A DNA stretch of 64,000 nucleotides from an uncultured Gemmatimonadales bacterium (GTDB lineage: Bacteria > Gemmatimonadota > Gemmatimonadetes > Palauibacterales > Palauibacteraceae). Below are positions 62,922 through 64,000 of this stretch, one piece after another. The stretch is taken from assembly GCA_963783385.1 (NCBI GenBank), contig CAWANJ010000006.1, forward strand, positions 192,001 to 256,000. The letters are read 5' to 3'. The notes under the pieces were generated by a model. The model was not told the origin of the DNA, searched no databases, and saw only the letters and a list, made by a program, of their open reading frames with translations. Position 1 is the stretch's first letter; the number at the start of each line of letters is the position of its first letter. The translations under genes were made by a program, and so were the position numbers.

Positions 62922-63998
62922 GCCGGTCCGCACCTCCCCATCTTCCGCGGGGTCGCCCGCCGTGCCCGCCTCCCCGCTCTTCTCCAGCACCCACTGCAGA
63001 GCCACGGGCCCGACGAGCTCGTGGATGGCGACCATGGCCACGAACAGCGTCCGGAGCTCCTCGCCCCAGCTCGGGAAGGATCGGGCCAGGATGGTGACCA
63101 TGCCGAGCGCCACGCCGGCCTGGGAGACGAATCCGAGCCACGCCCACCGGCCCACGGCGTCCGGCGAGCGCCCGACTGTGGCCCCCACGCGCGTCCCCGC
63201 CCACAGACCCGCAGCCCGCACGGCCACGAAGAGGAGGGCCCAGGTCCACAGGTCGGCCAGCTCGCTCAGGTGGACGGCGGCGCCGGCCAGGCTGAAGAAG
63301 AGCGCGTACAGCGGCAGCGAGGCGTTCTCGAGCGACTCGACGAAGCGTCCGCCCGCCACGGGCAGCAGGTTCTCGAGCGTGAAGCCCGCCGCGAGCCCCA
63401 CCAGGAGGAGCTCGAGGTGGAAGGTCGCGGCCAGCTCGGCCGCCAGCCACGCGAGACCGATGGCGAACAGCACCATCTGGCGGTCGACCCAGCGCAGGTA
63501 CGCCGCCACGCCAACGCCCAGCAGCCCTCCGGCGAGAAGCGAACCGCCGATCTCCGCCGCCAGTCCCAGCCCGAGTCCCGCCCCGGCGGTTCCTCCCGCG
63601 GGCTCCAGCACCGTATAGGCCACCGAGAGGGCGGCGGCGAACGCCACGATCACCAGGACATCCTTGACGACCGTGACGCCCAGGATGGTGGATGCGAGGG
63701 GACCCCGCGAGCGCGTGTCCGTGATCACGGCGATGGCCACCGAAGGGCTGCTCGCGATGGACACCGACCCGAACACGACCGCCACGGTCAGGACCAGGGG
63801 AAGGGGGCGACCGGCCGTGAAGGGGAGCCAGGCCGACAGGAGCAGGACCGCACCGGCCACGCAGGCGAACAGGATCGCGGTTCCCAGGAGGGAGATCGAG
63901 GCCAGGGACCGGCCCATCCCCCGCAGCTGGGAGACGCGGAGCTCCCCACCGGCCGTGAGGGCGATGAGCGCGATCGCAATGTCGTCGAAGAGCCGAAG
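62889..63998 (-). CDS. Cation:proton antiporter (CPA family; 5' partial)
   Basis: IALTAGGEL, ASSPSVAIAV, VKDV, LFFSLAGA, SQAGVALG, HELVGP. Confidence 0.88.
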   Translation of the reverse strand, partial: LRLFDDIAIALIALTAGGELRVSQLRGMGRSLASISLLGTAILFACVAGAVLLLSAWLPFTAGRPLPLVLTVAVVFGSVSIASSPSVAIAVITDTRSRGPLASTILGVTVVKDVLVIVAFAAALSVAYTVLEPAGGTAGAGLGLGLAAEIGGSLLAGGLLGVGVAAYLRWVDRQMVLFAIGLAWLAAELAATFHLELLLVGLAAGFTLENLLPVAGGRFVESLENASLPLYALFFSLAGAAVHLSELADLWTWALLFVAVRAAGLWAGTRVGATVGRSPDAVGRWAWLGFVSQAGVALGMVTILARSFPSWGEELRTLFVAMVAIHELVGPVALQWVLEKSGEAGTAGDPAEDGEVRTGSAPGEAAQEA

Positions 63999-64000
63999 GC

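Overview
High-GC bacterial chromosome window. The gene repertoire (VPS10/BNR glycosyl hydrolase, DUF4097, 6-bladed propeller lipoprotein, M1 and S9 peptidases, short Rho) suggests Gemmatimonadota; this is an inference. Many genes are split by 1-bp indels, most likely long-read assembly errors, so several coordinates are reconstructed by hand. Core content, left to right: kup, YkvI-like transporter, fabH, a TetR-TolC-HlyD-ABC efflux operon, a cupredoxin lipoprotein, a cytochrome c-PQQ dehydrogenase, tRNA-Arg, an ECF sigma/anti-sigma operon, fdhD, mobA, osmC-like, an MFS transporter, a peptidase/hydrolase cluster, gdhA, tRNA-Gly(TCC), marR, recQ, a Cys-Gly-Val-Gly tRNA operon, a TrmJ-like methylase, a short rho, a sulfocyanin-like protein, two APC-USP permeases and a cation:proton antiporter. 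There are two accessory regions. (1) About 26.8-32.2 kb: an IS21 element and an IS1380 fragment around a lower-GC module with an unannotated 8-Cys peptide reading frame upstream of a 6-bladed beta-propeller lipoprotein; this is the best candidate for an undescribed system. (2) 48.9-53.6 kb: two tandem integrase-less islets bounded by duplicated 3' parts of tRNA-Gly(CCC). Also notable are a ~500-nt hairpin-dense region upstream of an N-terminally short Rho and a terminator-like hairpin between the tRNA operon promoter and its first tRNA.
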